The position numbers and the translations under genes were made by a program. Positions 25,001 to 39,415 of a DNA stretch of 64,000 nucleotides are shown here, in pieces. Location: contig NIVC01002494.1 in assembly GCA_002269645.1 (NCBI GenBank), positions 62,001 through 126,000 on the forward strand. Reading direction: 5' to 3'. The first letter of the stretch is position 1. Each line of letters begins with the position of its first letter. The notes beneath the pieces were generated by a model, which worked only from the letters and a program-made list of their open reading frames with translations, did not search any database and was not told the origin of the DNA. Source of the stretch: Macrostomum lignano (Eukaryota).

Positions 25001-28000
25001 GGGGTTGAGGATGGGGCTGAGGATGTGGTTGAAGATGGGGTTGAGGATGGGGCTAAGGATGGGGTTGAAGATGGGGTTGAGGATGGGGCTGACGGGGTTG
25101 AAGATGGGGTTGAGGATGGGTTGAGGATGGGGTTGAGGATGGGGTTGAGGATGGGGCTGAGGATGGGGTCTTATGATGGGGTTGAGGATGGGGCTGAGGA
25201 TGGGGTCTTATGATGGGGTTGAGGATGGGGTCTTATGATGGGGTTGAGGATGGGGCTGAGGATGGGGTCTTATGATGGGGTTGAGGATGGGGCTGAGGAT
25301 GGGGTCTTATGATGGGGTTGAGGATGGGGCTGAGGATGGGTTTGAGGATGGGGTCTTAGGATGGGGTCTTATAATGGGGCTGAGGACGGGGTTGAGGATG
25401 GGGTTGAGGATGGGGTAGAGAATGGGATGGCGTTGAGAATGGGATGGGGTCGAGGATGAAATGTAGGACGAGTATAGGATTGAAATAGAAGATCGTGTTG
25501 AGGTCGGGGTCAAGGATATGGTAGAACTAGAAGATGGGATTCAAAGGGGTTTAGAATGGAGTTATTAAGGATGGGGTCAAGGATGGTATAGAAGATGCAG
25601 AGCTGAGGAGTGAAATATCGGAGCTGGAGTTGGGCGGCAGCAAATCCGGTCCCCATATCTAATTGAAAATCAGGACTACATGCAGATCGAGTCAGCATGG
25701 TCAGGTTTCGCACGAACTTCTCAGCCGCCGCCCGGCCCTTGTCCAGCTGGTCCTCCGTGGCGGCGGAGTCGGCCGCGGCGGCGATGCGCTCAACGAAGGC
25801 GGCCCGAAACTGCGGCCAGTCGCCCAGACGGCCGGGGCTGACGAAATCAACCAGGGTGTATAGCTCGTCCAGGTCGTTCTGCACCGGCGTGCCCGTCAGG
25901 ACAATTCTGCGTTTGGCGCCAACCGCCGCCAGGGCCTGCGCTGTCTGGGTGGCCGCGTTCTTCAGCCTGTGGCCTTCGTCGCAGATCAACAGGTCGAAGC
26001 TGATCGGTGCGGGAAAGCGGGTGAATTCTGATGCTCACAAAGATTCAAATAACGATTTTCGTCCGCCTGACTTGGACCTCTCTCCTTACTGCTCTCTAAT
26101 TGGCTGAGCTAGATTGGGCCTGCCCCCCGGCTGAGTTCCGTCCGTCTGACTTGGACTTCTCTCCTTACTGCTCTCTCATTGGCTGAGCTATATTGGGCCT
26201 GCCTTCCCCCCAGCTAAGTTTTGTCCGTCTGACTTGGACCTCTCTCCTTACTGCTCTCTCATTGGCTGAGCTAGATTGGGCCTACCCCCCGGCTAAGTTT
26301 TGTCCGTCTGACTTGGACCTCTCTCCTTACTGCTCTCTCATTGGCTGAGCTAGATTGGGCCTACCCCCCCGGCTAAGTTTTGTCCGTCTGACTTGGACCT
26401 CTCTCCTTACTGCTCTCTCATTGGCTGAGCTAGATTGGGCCTACCCCCCCGGCTAAGTTTTGTCCGTCTGACTTGGACCTCTCTCCTTACTGCTCTCTCA
26501 TTGGCTGAGCTAGATTGAGCCTCCCCCCCTCCGGCTGAGTTTTGTCCGTCTGACTTGGACATTTCTCCTTACTGCTCTCTCACTGGCTGAGCTAGATAGG
26601 GCCTACCCTCCCCCCGGCTGAGTTTCGTCCGTCTGACTTTGACCTTTATTCTTACTGCTCTCTCTTTAGCTGAGTTACATTGGTCCTGCCTCCTAGGCTG
26701 AGTTTCGTCCGTCTTGCGATCACTTGTGTACATCGAGTTAAATGCTTGATGTTCATTCTTAACCTTACAAGAGGCCACAAAATCCGAGGAATGAAACGTC
26801 ATTTTAGCTGCCACATTAAATTTAAATGGTACTGCGCAGACAAACTACTGAAAAAGAGTAGACGCTCTGTCTTTCCTCACACTTTAATGGTAACATATAA
26901 TTTTATAGTACCTGTGAAATTCCTGAAAAAACGAATGGAAAAAGTACAGACTGACTAGCTAATCGTAAAAACCAACACCCACCTATGCTCAGAGAGCCTT
27001 GCCGCCCATCTCAGCAGCATCTCATAACTGATGAGCAGCACAGCTTGGCCCCGATAGTCCTCCGGCCTGGCGCCCTCGTGACCAACGCAATAAAGCATTC
27101 TCGAGTCCAGCAGGGATCGAGCCCAGGGCAGCCATTTGTAGAATTCTAGCCTCCAATTGGCCACCAAGCTGCCCGGCGTCACAATCAGCGCCCGACGGAC
27201 CAGCGGCTTGGTGGCGCTGTACGGGCTGGAGTGCAGCAGAGTCCACACCAACGAGATGGACTGCAGAGTCTTGCCCAGGCCCATGGCGTCCGCCAGGATG
27301 GCCCCATAGCTGCCCGGGACCTGGGAACATATTTTGTGATTCAGTTACTCCTTACTCAGACAGTCATGCCTAGTCAGCAATATCGAAAAGTCGCCATCAC
27401 AGAAGATTCCGTCTGTGATCGCCACTTTTGAGAGTGCAGGTGGACTCTCTCAATCTATGCCAGTGACGCAACTCAGCTACACCACGCGACAAACTTGAGT
27501 TGAGGAATGAAGTGGAGGGAGCGGTGTGCGAGGGTTGGACGGATTAAAGCTGCCCCGATCAGTTTTCTCGCATCTTTTATTTCAGAATAGTCCAAGAGAA
27601 ATTGCTCAATGGCGCATAGAGTGGCGACTTTCAAAGTTGCTGCTGAGTATACAACAGACACAGCGTGTACAGCGGCCCAGACTCTCTACTCGTCAGGCAT
27701 GTACACATTCTCCGCCTTCGCCCCTACCCAGACAATTTTTTGCTGCACCAGAACGGAGCAACGCATGCAGGCACACGAAATCTCTAGAACACGGGCTAAC
27801 TTTTTGTTGCGCACCTTCTCAAACCAGAGTCAAGTCGCCAGCCCTCTCTTCTTTAATATCTCTAGTCTGTTTATAGCAGGGGTCGGCGAACTCTGGACCG
27901 CGGGCCACATGCGGCCCGCAAAGCCTCTCTATCCGGCCCTCGGGTCCTTTGAAACTGCACAATAGCAATCCGACCCGCTTAAGGTTTGTGTCTCTTCTAA

Positions 28001-30849
28001 GTTCTCTCCTCTCATCTCCTCTGTCATCTTATCTCCTCTCTCCTCTAATCGCATCTCATCTCCTCTCTCCTCTCATCTCCTCTCTTCTCTTCTCTTATCT
28101 CAGCTCATCTCAGCTCATCTCCTCTCTCCTCTCATCTCCTCTCTCCTCTCATCTTCTCACTCCTCTCATCGCATCTTATCTCCTCTCTCTTCTCTCATCT
28201 CCTCACCTTTCGTCTCTCCTCTCATCTCTCCTCACTTCTCTATCTTATCTTTTATCTCATCTCTTCTCATATGTCGCCTCTCATCTCTCCAACTATTTTG
28301 TCATCTCTCATCTCCCCTTTCTTCTCTCTCCCCCATTTCATCTTCTTTCCACTCTCATCTGGCCCGCAGCAACCATCAAGACTCTTTATCTGGCCCTTAA
28401 GGTTTATAAGGTTTTTAGTCACCCGATTTCCCCTCTTTAAGGTGCAAACAGCGTCTGAAAGACTAGTTGAGGATACCCAACAGTGGAGGTCTGCCAATTA
28501 TCTGCTGAAGGTGCCGACGGAGTCGGGGTGATGACTGAATGCTCAAGAGACCAGCTGAGGATGTCCAGCAGTTGAGGCTTGCCAACTGTCGAGGCTTGAT
28601 CAGCGAAACTAGAGAAATTCGCAACAGGGTGTCCATAGTCAACTGGTGCCACCTGTTCAATGTCCAGAAGCTACGCCTGGGTGTAGGAAGCCAAAGCTGA
28701 TCATGCAGACACATTTAGCCGACGTGCTGATGAAATCTGGAGGCTTGGCAAGGCTGCACTGAGGCGGAGTGCTGAATGGCCGACCTTCTGGCAGAATCCT
28801 TGAATATCTTGACGGTCCGGAAAGCTGGCGACTTGACTCTTGTTTGAGAAGGTGCGCAACAAAGACTTACCCCTTGTCTTGAACTTTGCGTGAATACGAG
28901 CATTCGAGAAGACACTTAATCCCCCCCCACCTGGCTGCCCAGCACGCAGGAGTAAAGAAAAGCCACGCCGTCGCGCTGATGCCTCCGCAGCCGGGCTGTC
29001 AGACGCCGATCGACAACTACGTCGTACAGTTCGCCGCCATCGTCGCCGGCTTCGACATCCCTAGTATCGGCGCCCCGGTCCCGGTCCCAGAGCAGCGTCG
29101 GCGGTGGCGGCGGCAGGACGAAAGCGTCCGGATCGACGCCTGCAGCCAGGCCGGCCGGCACGCGGGGCGGCGGGACGGCCTCGGCGGTGGACAGAGCCAC
29201 CGGTTTGAAGGCGGCGCGGGCGCGATAAGCGACAGCAGCGGCGGTGGCGGCAGCCTGCTCAGAACCAGACAGGTTCTGTCCGTCCAAAGACTGCGGCTGC
29301 TGAGCTGCTACTGGCTGGTCTGAGTTCGACTGAGAGCTAAGAAAGAGTTAGGGTTAGAGTGAACGTGAGAATGGTCGGACATGAGAATGGTCGGACATGA
29401 GAATGGTCGGACATGAGAATGGTCGGACATCAGAATGATGGGACATAAGAATGGTCGGACATGAGAATGATCGGACATGAGAATGGTCGGACATGAGAAT
29501 GATCGGACATGAGAATGATCGGACATAAGAATGGTCGGACATGAGAATGATCGGACATGAGAATGGTCGGACATGAGAATGATCGGACATGAGAATGATC
29601 GGACATAAGAATGGTCGGACATGAGAATGATCGGACATGAGAATGGTCGGACGTGAGAATGGTCGGACATGAGAATGGTCGGACGTGAGAATGATCGGAC
29701 ATGAGAATAGTCGGACGTGAGAATGGTCGGACATGAGAATGGTGGGACATGAGAATGGTCGGACATGAGAATGGTGGGACAGAAGGAGCTCACCTAGCCG
29801 AAGGCTGTGGCGGAGCCTCGATGGGCCCGGCCGGGCCGCAGATTTCCACCAGACGGCCGCCCAGGCTGAGCCGGGAGCCCTCGTCCAGCTCGGCCAGCTC
29901 AGCCGGTTTCAGGTCGCAGCCGCGGCCGAGCACGGCGCCGGTGGCTGCGTCCAGCAGGATGGCAGTTCGGGCACCGAGGACACGAAGCAGGCCGTCGCCT
30001 TCCCACACCTGTTGGCCGGGGGGGGGGGGTTGAGGCTTGAGGATTAGGGAAGACTGAGGATTAGAGAGGCTTGAGGATTAGGGAGGCTTGAGAATTAGGG
30101 AGGCTTGAGGATTAGGGAGGCTTAAGAATTAGGGAGGCTTGAGGATTAGAGAAGACTGAGGATTAGAGGCTTGAGGATTAGAGAAGACTGAGGATTAGAG
30201 GCTTGAGGATTAGAGAAGACTGAGGATTAGAGGCTTGAGGATTAGAGAAGACTGAGGATTAGAGGCTTGAGGATTAGGGAGGCTTGAGAATTAGGGAGGC
30301 CTGAGGATTAGAGAAGACTACGGATAAGAGAAGCTTGAGTATCAGGGAGGCCTGAGTATCAGGGAGGCCTGAGGATCAGGGAGGTCTGAGGATTAGAGGC
30401 TTGAAGATTAGAGAGGCTTGAGGATCAGGGAGGCTGAGGATCAGGGAGGTCTGAGGATTAGAGGCTTGAAGATTAGAGAGGCTTGAGTATCAGGGAGGCC
30501 TGAGGATCAGGGAGGTCTGAGGATTAGAGGCTTGAAGATTAGAGAGGCTTGAGGATCAGGGAGGCTGAGGACAAGGCTTAGACAATTGAACGAAACCAGA
30601 CGAAAGGCCCACCTTGTGCTTCTTGGCGGAGTTCTTGCCCCAGACGCAGGCAAACTGCCTGCCCTCAGCAGCTGGTTTCGCATCCCCAGAGCCCGGCTGC
30701 TGTTCCTGACTATTTGAAGATTCGCGCAAGCAGACACTGCTGGCTGGTTGTTTTGGCTGTTGCTGCTGCTGCTGCTGAGCGAGACAGGGCCGCTTGGCCT
30801 GATGCCAGGACTGATAGGCCGATTGACTGGGCGCCCCGGACCGTCGCAT
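22090..30849 (-). CDS. RAD54B: RAD54B (Rdh54/Tid1-like) SNF2 DNA translocase, 8 exons: 30849-30613, 30008-29794, 29336-28931, 27320-26983, 25999-25718, 24585-24303, 23633-23052, 22644-22090
   Basis: MRRSGAPSQ start (RAD54B starts MRRSAAPSQ); VWGKNSAKKHK|VWEGDG N-terminal domain; LRRHQRDGVAFLY; motif I ADAMGLGKT (usual E replaced by A); ICDEGHRLKN; LTGTPVQNDLDE; LPPKRELVIFC; LLSTKAGGVGLNLTGA; DIDWNPANDAQATARIWREGQ; IEERIFLRQ; DCLAHDCLNCRC. All seven introns are GT-AG with matching phases (exon 5 donor and exon 7 acceptor less certain). Confidence 0.9.
22700..22995. repeat. 37-bp tandem repeat (contains palindrome CTGACA-G-TGTCAG) in RAD54B intron 7
   Basis: GACAGAGTG recurs at 22752, 22789 and onward. 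Confidence 0.9.
23740..24200. repeat. 20-bp minisatellite GGGATCTCCTAGGTGAGAAT in RAD54B intron 6
   Basis: Direct reading. Confidence 0.92.
24645..25450. repeat. 12-bp GAGGATGGGG(TT/CT) minisatellite in RAD54B intron 5 (two blocks split by about 230 bp of unique sequence)
   Basis: Direct reading at 24650-24700 and 24925-25450. Confidence 0.9.
26055..26712. repeat. About 80-bp tandem repeat, about 8 copies, in RAD54B intron 4
   Basis: TTGTCCGTCTGACTTGGACC recurs at 26221, 26300, 26380 and 26460. Confidence 0.92.
27877..28470 (+). mobile_element. Probable hAT-type MITE remnant in RAD54B intron 3, with an internal CT-rich low-complexity tract (27990-28340)
   Basis: 5' end CAGGGGTCGGCGAAC followed by GCGGGCCACATGCGGCCCGC, and later TGGCCCGC/TGGCCCTT motifs, resemble small hAT elements; the 3' TIR is too degenerate to confirm. 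Confidence 0.45.
29365..29780. repeat. 16-bp minisatellite GGACATGAGAATG(G/A)TC in RAD54B intron 2
   Basis: Direct reading. Confidence 0.95.
30030..30575. repeat. About 17-18-bp GAGGCTTGAGGATTAG(G/A) minisatellite in RAD54B intron 1
   Basis: Direct reading. Confidence 0.92.
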
Positions 30850-31065
30850 ACTGTTATTAATTTCCTGCGCATGAAAGCATTGAAACCCAGGTAGTTAGAG
30901 GGCACCGCGTTCAAGCAGCTTTAACACAAACTCAGTGACTTCTAAAATACTCGTTGAATGTGTCAGCGGTATTGAATGCTGTCAATCTGACACTCGTTTC
31001 AAATTTGCATGGCCGCTCTCCATACAGGCCCAGTGAAATTTTACCGATTCGAAATTCTATTGTTA

Positions 31066-31860
<795 letters not shown>

Positions 31861-32460
31861 TGTAGTGTATCGTAGATACCAGATTCCCAGTCCCTAAAAA
31901 AATTAATTTGCGATATTAAATGGCAACCCAGAGCGTGGCAGAAAATAAAAACGCAAAAGAAGAGCCAACCAATAGATATTTAAGTTATAACAAAATTAGA
32001 AACACGGCGTTTTATAGTTTAAATTCATTGATGATAAATTGTTTACGCAAAATAGCGCAAAATTAACTTTATAAATGCAGCCCAACACCGAAGTTGAATT
32101 GAAACAAAATCAAATGCTGAGCTCAGCTGATGAAACTGAACTCAATGCAAATAGCGGTATAAAAGTAAGTTCACGGCTAGCATAGGTAAGCATTTTTATA
32201 AAAATATATAATAAATTAGGCCCTAAGAGACAAAAAATGCATTAAAAACTTAACCGAGTGTTAATTTAGACAAGTTTAAAAAATATAGTTATTAAAGCAC
32301 CGATTCTAAATACATTGACTGTCGATCGAGCCATTGAGAGTTAATTACAAGTTATACTTACACCAATAGAGATAGGAGAATGATTAACACCGGTATGCGA
32401 TGTTACTATCAGTAATATATACTTAGGATGAATTTTAGCAGTCTTGAATTGGTCGCATTG

Positions 32461-33400
32461 GAATTAACACAAATTCCAATAGTCTATGGCTTTAAGCGGC
32501 GGAGGAGGATAGGAATTCCAATAGTCTATGGCTTCAAGTGGAAGAGGATATGAATTCCAATAGTCTATGGCTTCAAGTGGAAGAGGATATGAATTCCAAT
32601 AGTCTATGGCTTCAAGTGGAAGAGGATATGAATTCCAATAGTCTATGGCTTTAATCGGCGGAGGAGAATAAATTCCAATAGTCTATGGCTTTTCGGTGGA
32701 GGAGAATAGGAATTCCAATAGTCTATGGCTTTAATCGGTGGAGGAGAATAGGAATTCCAATAGTCTATGGGCTTTAAGCGGCGGAGGAGAATATGAATTC
32801 CAATAGTCTATCGGAGGAGGATATGAATTCCAATAGTCTATGGCTTTAATCGGCGGAGGAGAATAAATTCCAATAGTCTATGGCTTTTATCGGCGGAGGA
32901 GAATAGGAATTCCAATAGTCTATGGCTTTAATCGGTGGAGGAGAATAGGAATTCCAATAGTCTATGGGCTTTAAGCGGCGGAGGAGAATAGGAATTCCAA
33001 TAGTCTATCGGAGGAGGATAGGAATTCCAATAGTCTATGGCTTTAATCGGCGGAGGAGAATAAATTCCAATAGTCTATGGCTTTTATCGGCGGAGGAGAA
33101 TAGGAATTCCAATAGTCTATGGCTTTAATCGGTGGAGGAGAATAGGAATTCCAATAGTCTATGGGCTTTAATCGGCGGAGGAGAATAAATTCCAATAGTC
33201 TATGGCTTTTATCGGCGGAGGAGAATAGGAATTCCAATAGTCTATGGCTTTAATCGGTGGAGGAGAATAGGAATTCCAATAGTCTATCGGAGGAGGATAG
33301 GAATTCCAATAGTCTATGGGCTTAAAGCGGCGGAGAATAGGAATCCCAATAGTCTATGGCTTTAGTCGGCGGTGAATATTAATTCCAATAGTCTATGGTT
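32461..33400. repeat. About 32-43-bp minisatellite GGAATTCCAATAGTCTATGGCTTTAATCGGCGGAGGAGAATA, about 23 copies, just past the NDC80 stop
   Basis: Direct reading; every unit carries GAATTCC and AATAGTCTAT. Confidence 0.93.
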
Positions 33401-33441
33401 TTGCCGTTATTAATTCATAATATTGAAATAATAATAGATAA

Positions 33442-36400
33442 TTAATTTTCACCGTCATCATTCCCATTGCTACTAGACTTTTCAAGTTCTGGATTCTTGT
33501 CACTAACACAGCAAATCGCGGCCAACAGCTCGGCGTCATCGCCGTCGCCGACATTGTCGTTGTCACCAACAACTCCGCCCCGATGCTGATCGTGCAGCTC
33601 TTGAATTCTGGGCAGAAGAGCGGCCATCAGATTAGTATTATTAGTGGCCACAATATCGCTCACTATTGACACCAGCTGGTGGCTGCAGCGCCTGGTCAGT
33701 TCGGCTAATCGATCGCTTAGCCGTCGCCTATCCGAGTCGAGTTCGGCTCGCCTAGCAACTATTTCTATTTCCATCGAGCCTGCCTGTTTAACGGCATCGA
33801 TAGCCGATGCGAGATTGCGCGACAACTCGGCTTCGAAAACGGCCAGCCGGCTGGCTGCGTCCCGCTCGCGTCTGACCGCCCGGGCCAGGCGCTCCTGCTG
33901 GCGATCGCAGGCCGCCTCCGCGCTCGCCAGCTGCTTTGTAGCTGCGTCCACGGATGCTGACAGCTGGTTGGGGAAAGGAAATGGGGTGACGGAATCGACT
34001 CAGCAAACCCATGACCTTTATTGTTATCAGCAAACTCATGACCCTTATTGTTATCAGCAAACCCATGACCTTTATTGTTATCAGTAAGTCAATGACCTTA
34101 ACTGTTATCAGCAAACCCATGACCTTCATTGTTATCAGCAAACCCACGACCTTTGTTATCAGCAAACCCATGACCTTCATTGTTATCAGCAAGCCCATGA
34201 CCTTTATTGTCATCTTACTTATACTCAAATAATCACCCACTGCTCATAATAATGAATGACCCACTGCTCATAGAATTGAATGACCCACTGCTCATAGAAT
34301 TGAATGACCCACTGCTCATAGAACTGAATGACCCACTGCTCATAATATTGAATGACCCACTGCTCATAGAACTGAATGACCCACTGCTCATAGAATTGAA
34401 TGACCCACTGCTCATAGAATTGAATGACCCGCTGCTCATAATAATGAATGACCCACTGCTCATAGAATTGAATGACCCACTGCTCATAGAATTGAATGAC
34501 CCACTGCTCATAGAACTGAATGACCCACTGCTCATAATATTGAATGACCCACTGCTCATAGAACTGAATGACCCACTGCTCATAGAATTGAATGACCCAC
34601 TGCTCATAGAACTGAATGACCCACTGCTCATAGAATTGAATGACCCACTGCTCAAAGAATATTGAATGACCCACTGCTCATAGAATTAAATGACCCACTG
34701 CTCATAATATTGAACGACCCACTGCTCATAGAATTGAATGACCCACTGCTCATAGAATTGAATGACCCACTGCTCATAGAATTGAATGACCCACTGCTCA
34801 TAGAACTGAATGACCCACTGCTCATAGAATTGAATGACCCACTGCTCATAGAATTGAATGACCCACTGCTCATAGAATTGAATGACCCACTGCTCATAGA
34901 ATTGAATGACCCACTGCTCATAGAATTGAATGACCCACTGCTCAGATGAAGTGAGCAACATCCAACTCAACGCACCTCCTGCAGTTTTGCCTCCTCCGAT
35001 CGCCGCTTTGAAGCTTTCTCAGCCTCGATCATAGAATTAATAGTAGCCAGCCTGGCCTCCTGAGTCTCAACCGCATCAATAATGCTGTCTAGCCGCTTCC
35101 GAGCCTCCTCACGCTTACGATTGGCCTCGCTGATTTGGTCAGCCAGATAGGCTAAATGACGCTTCACTGCCGGCTCAATAGCCTGATTGGACTGGTGCGC
35201 GTCATCGTTTAGCTCTGGCACTGCGCGCTGCGGCAGGCCTAGATGGGCGAGCCGAACATTGACTTGGTTGCAGGCCTGTTGGGTGGAGAAGCAAGTTGCA
35301 CTGTTGCAAGAGTTTGATGGTACGCTGCTCACATTACATTATTCGATGTGTATACCGGGTATGACTAAACATTTCTTCCCAACTGATTCCATTTCTTCCC
35401 AACTGACCCTATTTCTCCCCAACTGATTCCATTTCTTCCTATCCCAACTGACCCTATTTCTTCCAGCTGATCCCATTTCTTCCCAACTGACCCTATTTCT
35501 CCCCAACTGATTCCATTTCTTCCCAACTGATCCCATTTCTTCCTATCCCAACTGACCCTATTTCTTCCAGCTGATCCCATTTCTTCCCAACTGATCCCAT
35601 TTCTTCTCAATTGATTCCATTTCTTCCCAACTGATCCCATTTCTTACCAGCTGATCCCATTTCTTCCCAACTGATCCCATTTCTTCCCAACTGATCCCAT
35701 TTCTTCCCAGCTGATCCCATTTCTTCCCAACTGATCCCATTTCTTCCCAACTGATCCCATTTCTTCCCAATTGATTCCATTTCTTCCCAACTGATCGCAT
35801 TTATTCCCAACTGATCCCATTTCTTCCCAGCTGATCCCAATTCTTCCCAACTGATCCCATTTCTTCCTTAACTGATCCCATTTCTTCTCAACTGATCCCA
35901 TTTTTTCCCATCCCAACTGACCCTATTTCTTCCCTACTGATCTCAATTTGTCCAAACTGATCCCATTTCTTCCCAACTGATTAAACTGATTTCAATTCTT
36001 CCCAAATCCCAACTGATCCTTATTCTTCTTAACTTAGGTAGAATTCACCTGGGACAATTTGTCGTGATCAGCACTCAGCTGCGTTTCGGAAGCCCAGATA
36101 GCTTGCTCGGTGTTGGCCAGTGTCTCGTCGAGCCGACCAATATAGGACTCCAGCTCTTTGATGTCGCCGCGAATCGACATCACTTGGGCCTTTAGTCAAT
36201 GAAAAAATAAACGTCATTATTTCTGAGGCGATATGTAGCGAAAAAAACTTGAAAGCAGGTCATTTTCTTACTCGGTCGCTCCAAGGAACCGAACCCGGGA
36301 ACAGATAACAACACAACTGTTTTTCGTGCCAATAATTTTTGCACCGCGTGCGAAATTTATAACAGTAAAATATCTGCATTTCTACTTTCAGTAACTGATC

Positions 36401-38351
36401 TCTCGGACGTTATATTTTTGAAAAAAGTAAAAATCAATTCAAACAACGCACCTGAGACACTGGCTGGGCCCGGATCCGCTCAGACAGCTGCTCGCATTCG
36501 TCACGGAGCCGGTCGATCTGGGTGCGGCCGGCGGCCAGCTCCGCCTCCTTCAGCGGCAGCTCCGACTCCAGCTGGGAGCGCCGTTCGCGCAGCCGGTCCG
36601 CCTCCTGCTCGGCGCGGGCGAATCGCTCCTGGAGCTCTTGAAGCTCCTGAGAAATTGAGAATGCAGCTTCTAATTGTATCGCCAGTCAATCAGCATAATC
36701 TATGATGAAGCTAAGAACTAATTAATCACGTCTGACACCCTCTTCCCCACTCAGTCTGACACCCTCTTCCCCACTCAGTCTGACACCCTCTTCCCCACTC
36801 AGTCTGACACCTCTTCCCCACTCAGTCTGACACCCTCTTCCCCACTCAGTCTGACACCCTCTTCCCCACTCAGTCTGACACCTCTTCCCCACTCTTTCTG
36901 ACACTCTTCCCCACTCTTTCTGACACCTTCTTCCCCACTCTTTCTGACACTCTTCCCCACTCTTTCTGACACTCTTCCCCACTCAGTCTGACACCCTCTT
37001 CCCCACTCAGTCTGACACCTCTTCCCCACTCTTTCTGACACCTCTTCCCCACTCTTTCTGACACCTCTTCCCCACTCTTTCCGACACCCCTTCCCCACTC
37101 TTTCTGACACCTCTTTCCCACTCTTTCTGACATCTTTTTCCCACTCTTTCTGACACCTCTGACACCCCGAGCCCAAATCTCCGCCCGAGACCGCACCTGC
37201 TGCAGCCGTTGCGCCGGCACAGCGCGCTCTTTCCAAACGCGCGCCTCCTCGGCAGCCAAGCGCGCCTTCTCCTCGGCCTGTGCCAGATCGCGTCGCTTTC
37301 TAATTAGCGAGGGCTGAACCAGCCGGTCAACAAAGTGTCCGCCATCTTTGCCGTGCTGCAAGAAGAAAGCGTAGCCCTCCTCCATGGCGTGCAGAGTGTC
37401 GCCAAGGCTGGCGCCGCACTTGCCGGGCCGCTGCAACATCCGCTGGTACTGGGCGGCGCCGTCTTTGCGCTCGTCGAGCTTGTCGCAGAGATAATCGATC
37501 AGGCCGAGCACTAGCGGCCAGTTGTGCGGCGTGTTGGGCGAACTCAACACCTTTATAAAGAGTGCGGTTTAGAATACTTGAAAAATTACCGAATGACTAT
37601 AGCGTATTCACTTCACAAGCTGGACAGTCTACAAGCTCGAAGCTTCATTCACAAGCTCGAAGATGCATTCACAAGCTCGAAGCTTCACACAAGCTTGAAG
37701 ATTCATTCACAAGCTCAAAGATTCATTCACAAGCTCGAAGATTCTTTCACAAGCTCGAAGATTCTTTCACAAGCTTGAAGATTCATTTACAAGCTCGAAG
37801 AATCATTCACAAGCTCGAAGATTCATTCACAAGCTTGAAGATTCATTCACAAGCTCAAAGCTTCACATAAGCAATCACCGTTAAACTTCTGACACCTATG
37901 CTGAACTTATTTGGAAACTCACCTGCTTGCTCAGCACATATGGATAGCCTAGATACTCAATTTTATTGTAAAGCTGCTCCACCCGCTGCTTGCTATCGGC
38001 TGGTATGGATGAGAAAGACGACGACTGGCCTAAGTCAATAACGCCAGACACGAAGCCTTCAAGCACATTGTAGATCTCCTTCAGAGTCCAAATCGAGCCC
38101 GGCTTCAGCGAGCTGGTGCACAGCGCCTGCAGGCCAACCACTTCAATAAATGACTGGGCGCGAATAACCACAGCTTTCTGCCAGGTACGATCTTTCAAGT
38201 TTCTGGTATCTTTCTCTGTCTGGCGCTTTCCAGGCGTTGCCACACTGCTGGGTAAGAAGCTGCTTTTGCGCTCGGTCAGGGTGCCATGGGGCCGGCTGCG
38301 GCGAGTGTTGGCATCGGATTGCTGAGGTCTGGGCAGTCCAGAGCGCTTCAT
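33442..38351 (-). CDS. NDC80: Kinetochore protein NDC80/HEC1, 6 exons: 38351-37923, 37550-37197, 36646-36452, 36189-36049, 35275-34976, 33963-33442
   Basis: MKRS start; KDTRNLKDRTWQ (cf. KDPRPLNDK); LGYPYVLSKQ|VLSSPNTPHNWPLVLGLIDYL (cf. LGYPFALSKS...APHTWPHIVAALVWL); long coiled coil with IRAQPVSQ and EQAIWASE landmarks; all five introns GT-AG, phase 0. Confidence 0.82.
33990..34945. repeat. Two adjacent arrays in NDC80 intron 5: 27-bp ATCAGCAAACCCATGACCTTTATTGTT (33990-34215) and 24-bp AATGACCCACTGCTCATAGAATTG (34225-34945)
   Basis: Direct reading. Confidence 0.94.
35380..36020. repeat. 20-bp minisatellite CCATTTCTTCCCAACTGATC in NDC80 intron 4
   Basis: Direct reading. Confidence 0.93.
36725..37165. 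repeat. 21-24-bp minisatellite TCTGACACC(C)TCTTCCCCACTC(AG/TT) in NDC80 intron 2
   Basis: Direct reading. Confidence 0.93.
37605..37870. repeat. 20-bp minisatellite CACAAGCT(C/T)GAAGATTCATT in NDC80 intron 1
   Basis: Direct reading. Confidence 0.92.
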
Positions 38352-39415
38352 ACTGGCCAGTGCGTATGTGTTTGAATTGGCATGAGACAAATAGGTGATC
38401 ATAGTGCCTGGATACAATTTTTGTTTATATGGGGTGCCTGCACACATGTTTTGGTCATACAGCAACAACAAAAACAAAAAGGGGTGTTGGAATACACGAC
38501 AATGAGACAAAGAAAATGAATGAACCAAAAGGGGGGGAGGGCATTTCACAAAATCCTCCTAAGACTAAATCTACTATCTACAGTTCCAAGTTTATGGTCA
38601 AACTTTGGACCTGTTCCAAGTTCTGTTGGAGATAGCATGAGATAATTAAGCAACAACAGTAAAGCTAGCAACAATAAAATTATTATGAAAATAATTATCA
38701 ATGCTAATAAATAATAATAATATCACATAAAATCTAGGCTCATTTATTATGCAACTTTCAACTCAAGGACAACTCTAGATGTGTCATAAAGATACAAGTA
38801 ACATGAAGTTTTTACCATACACTTTGTCTTTGTGAAATGCCTTAGGCTATTTGTAAGTTCCAACCAAAGAATACTGAGCTCATTCTTTGAAAAAGAATAC
38901 TTTCATTCTTTGGTTCCAACATATATGATAGATCCCCATATAATGAAATAATTTGTATCCTAGCTAAAACTTAGTCTTATTTCTGTGAAACATTATATTC
39001 TTGAGCTACTGACAAAGAAAAAACTCTTAAGAATTGGGACTGAAAAACTACAAGCATCAATGTTGATAACTATCTTCTCTGACCTAGGCCTATTCTACTA
39101 TTTTGTCTGGCTTGCTAAAATTGTAGCTAAAAAATTAAATTCATAGAGCCCTTGGCTCCCAATAAGTTTAAAACACAGTCATGAAGCCATTGGGTTATTT
39201 AAACCAATGGCTTGGTCATTATATTATATCAATCAACTGACTAGGCCTACTGATCTACAATATTGATATATACATATATTGTTATATTTTATTTACATAT
39301 GCAAAAATTGATTTAATAAAAATAAACTTGACAATTGACATACACATAATAAAGACAAAGTTGAAGTAGAAATATATTATTGAGGATATTAAGGTCCTGA
39401 CATTGAGGTACAAAT

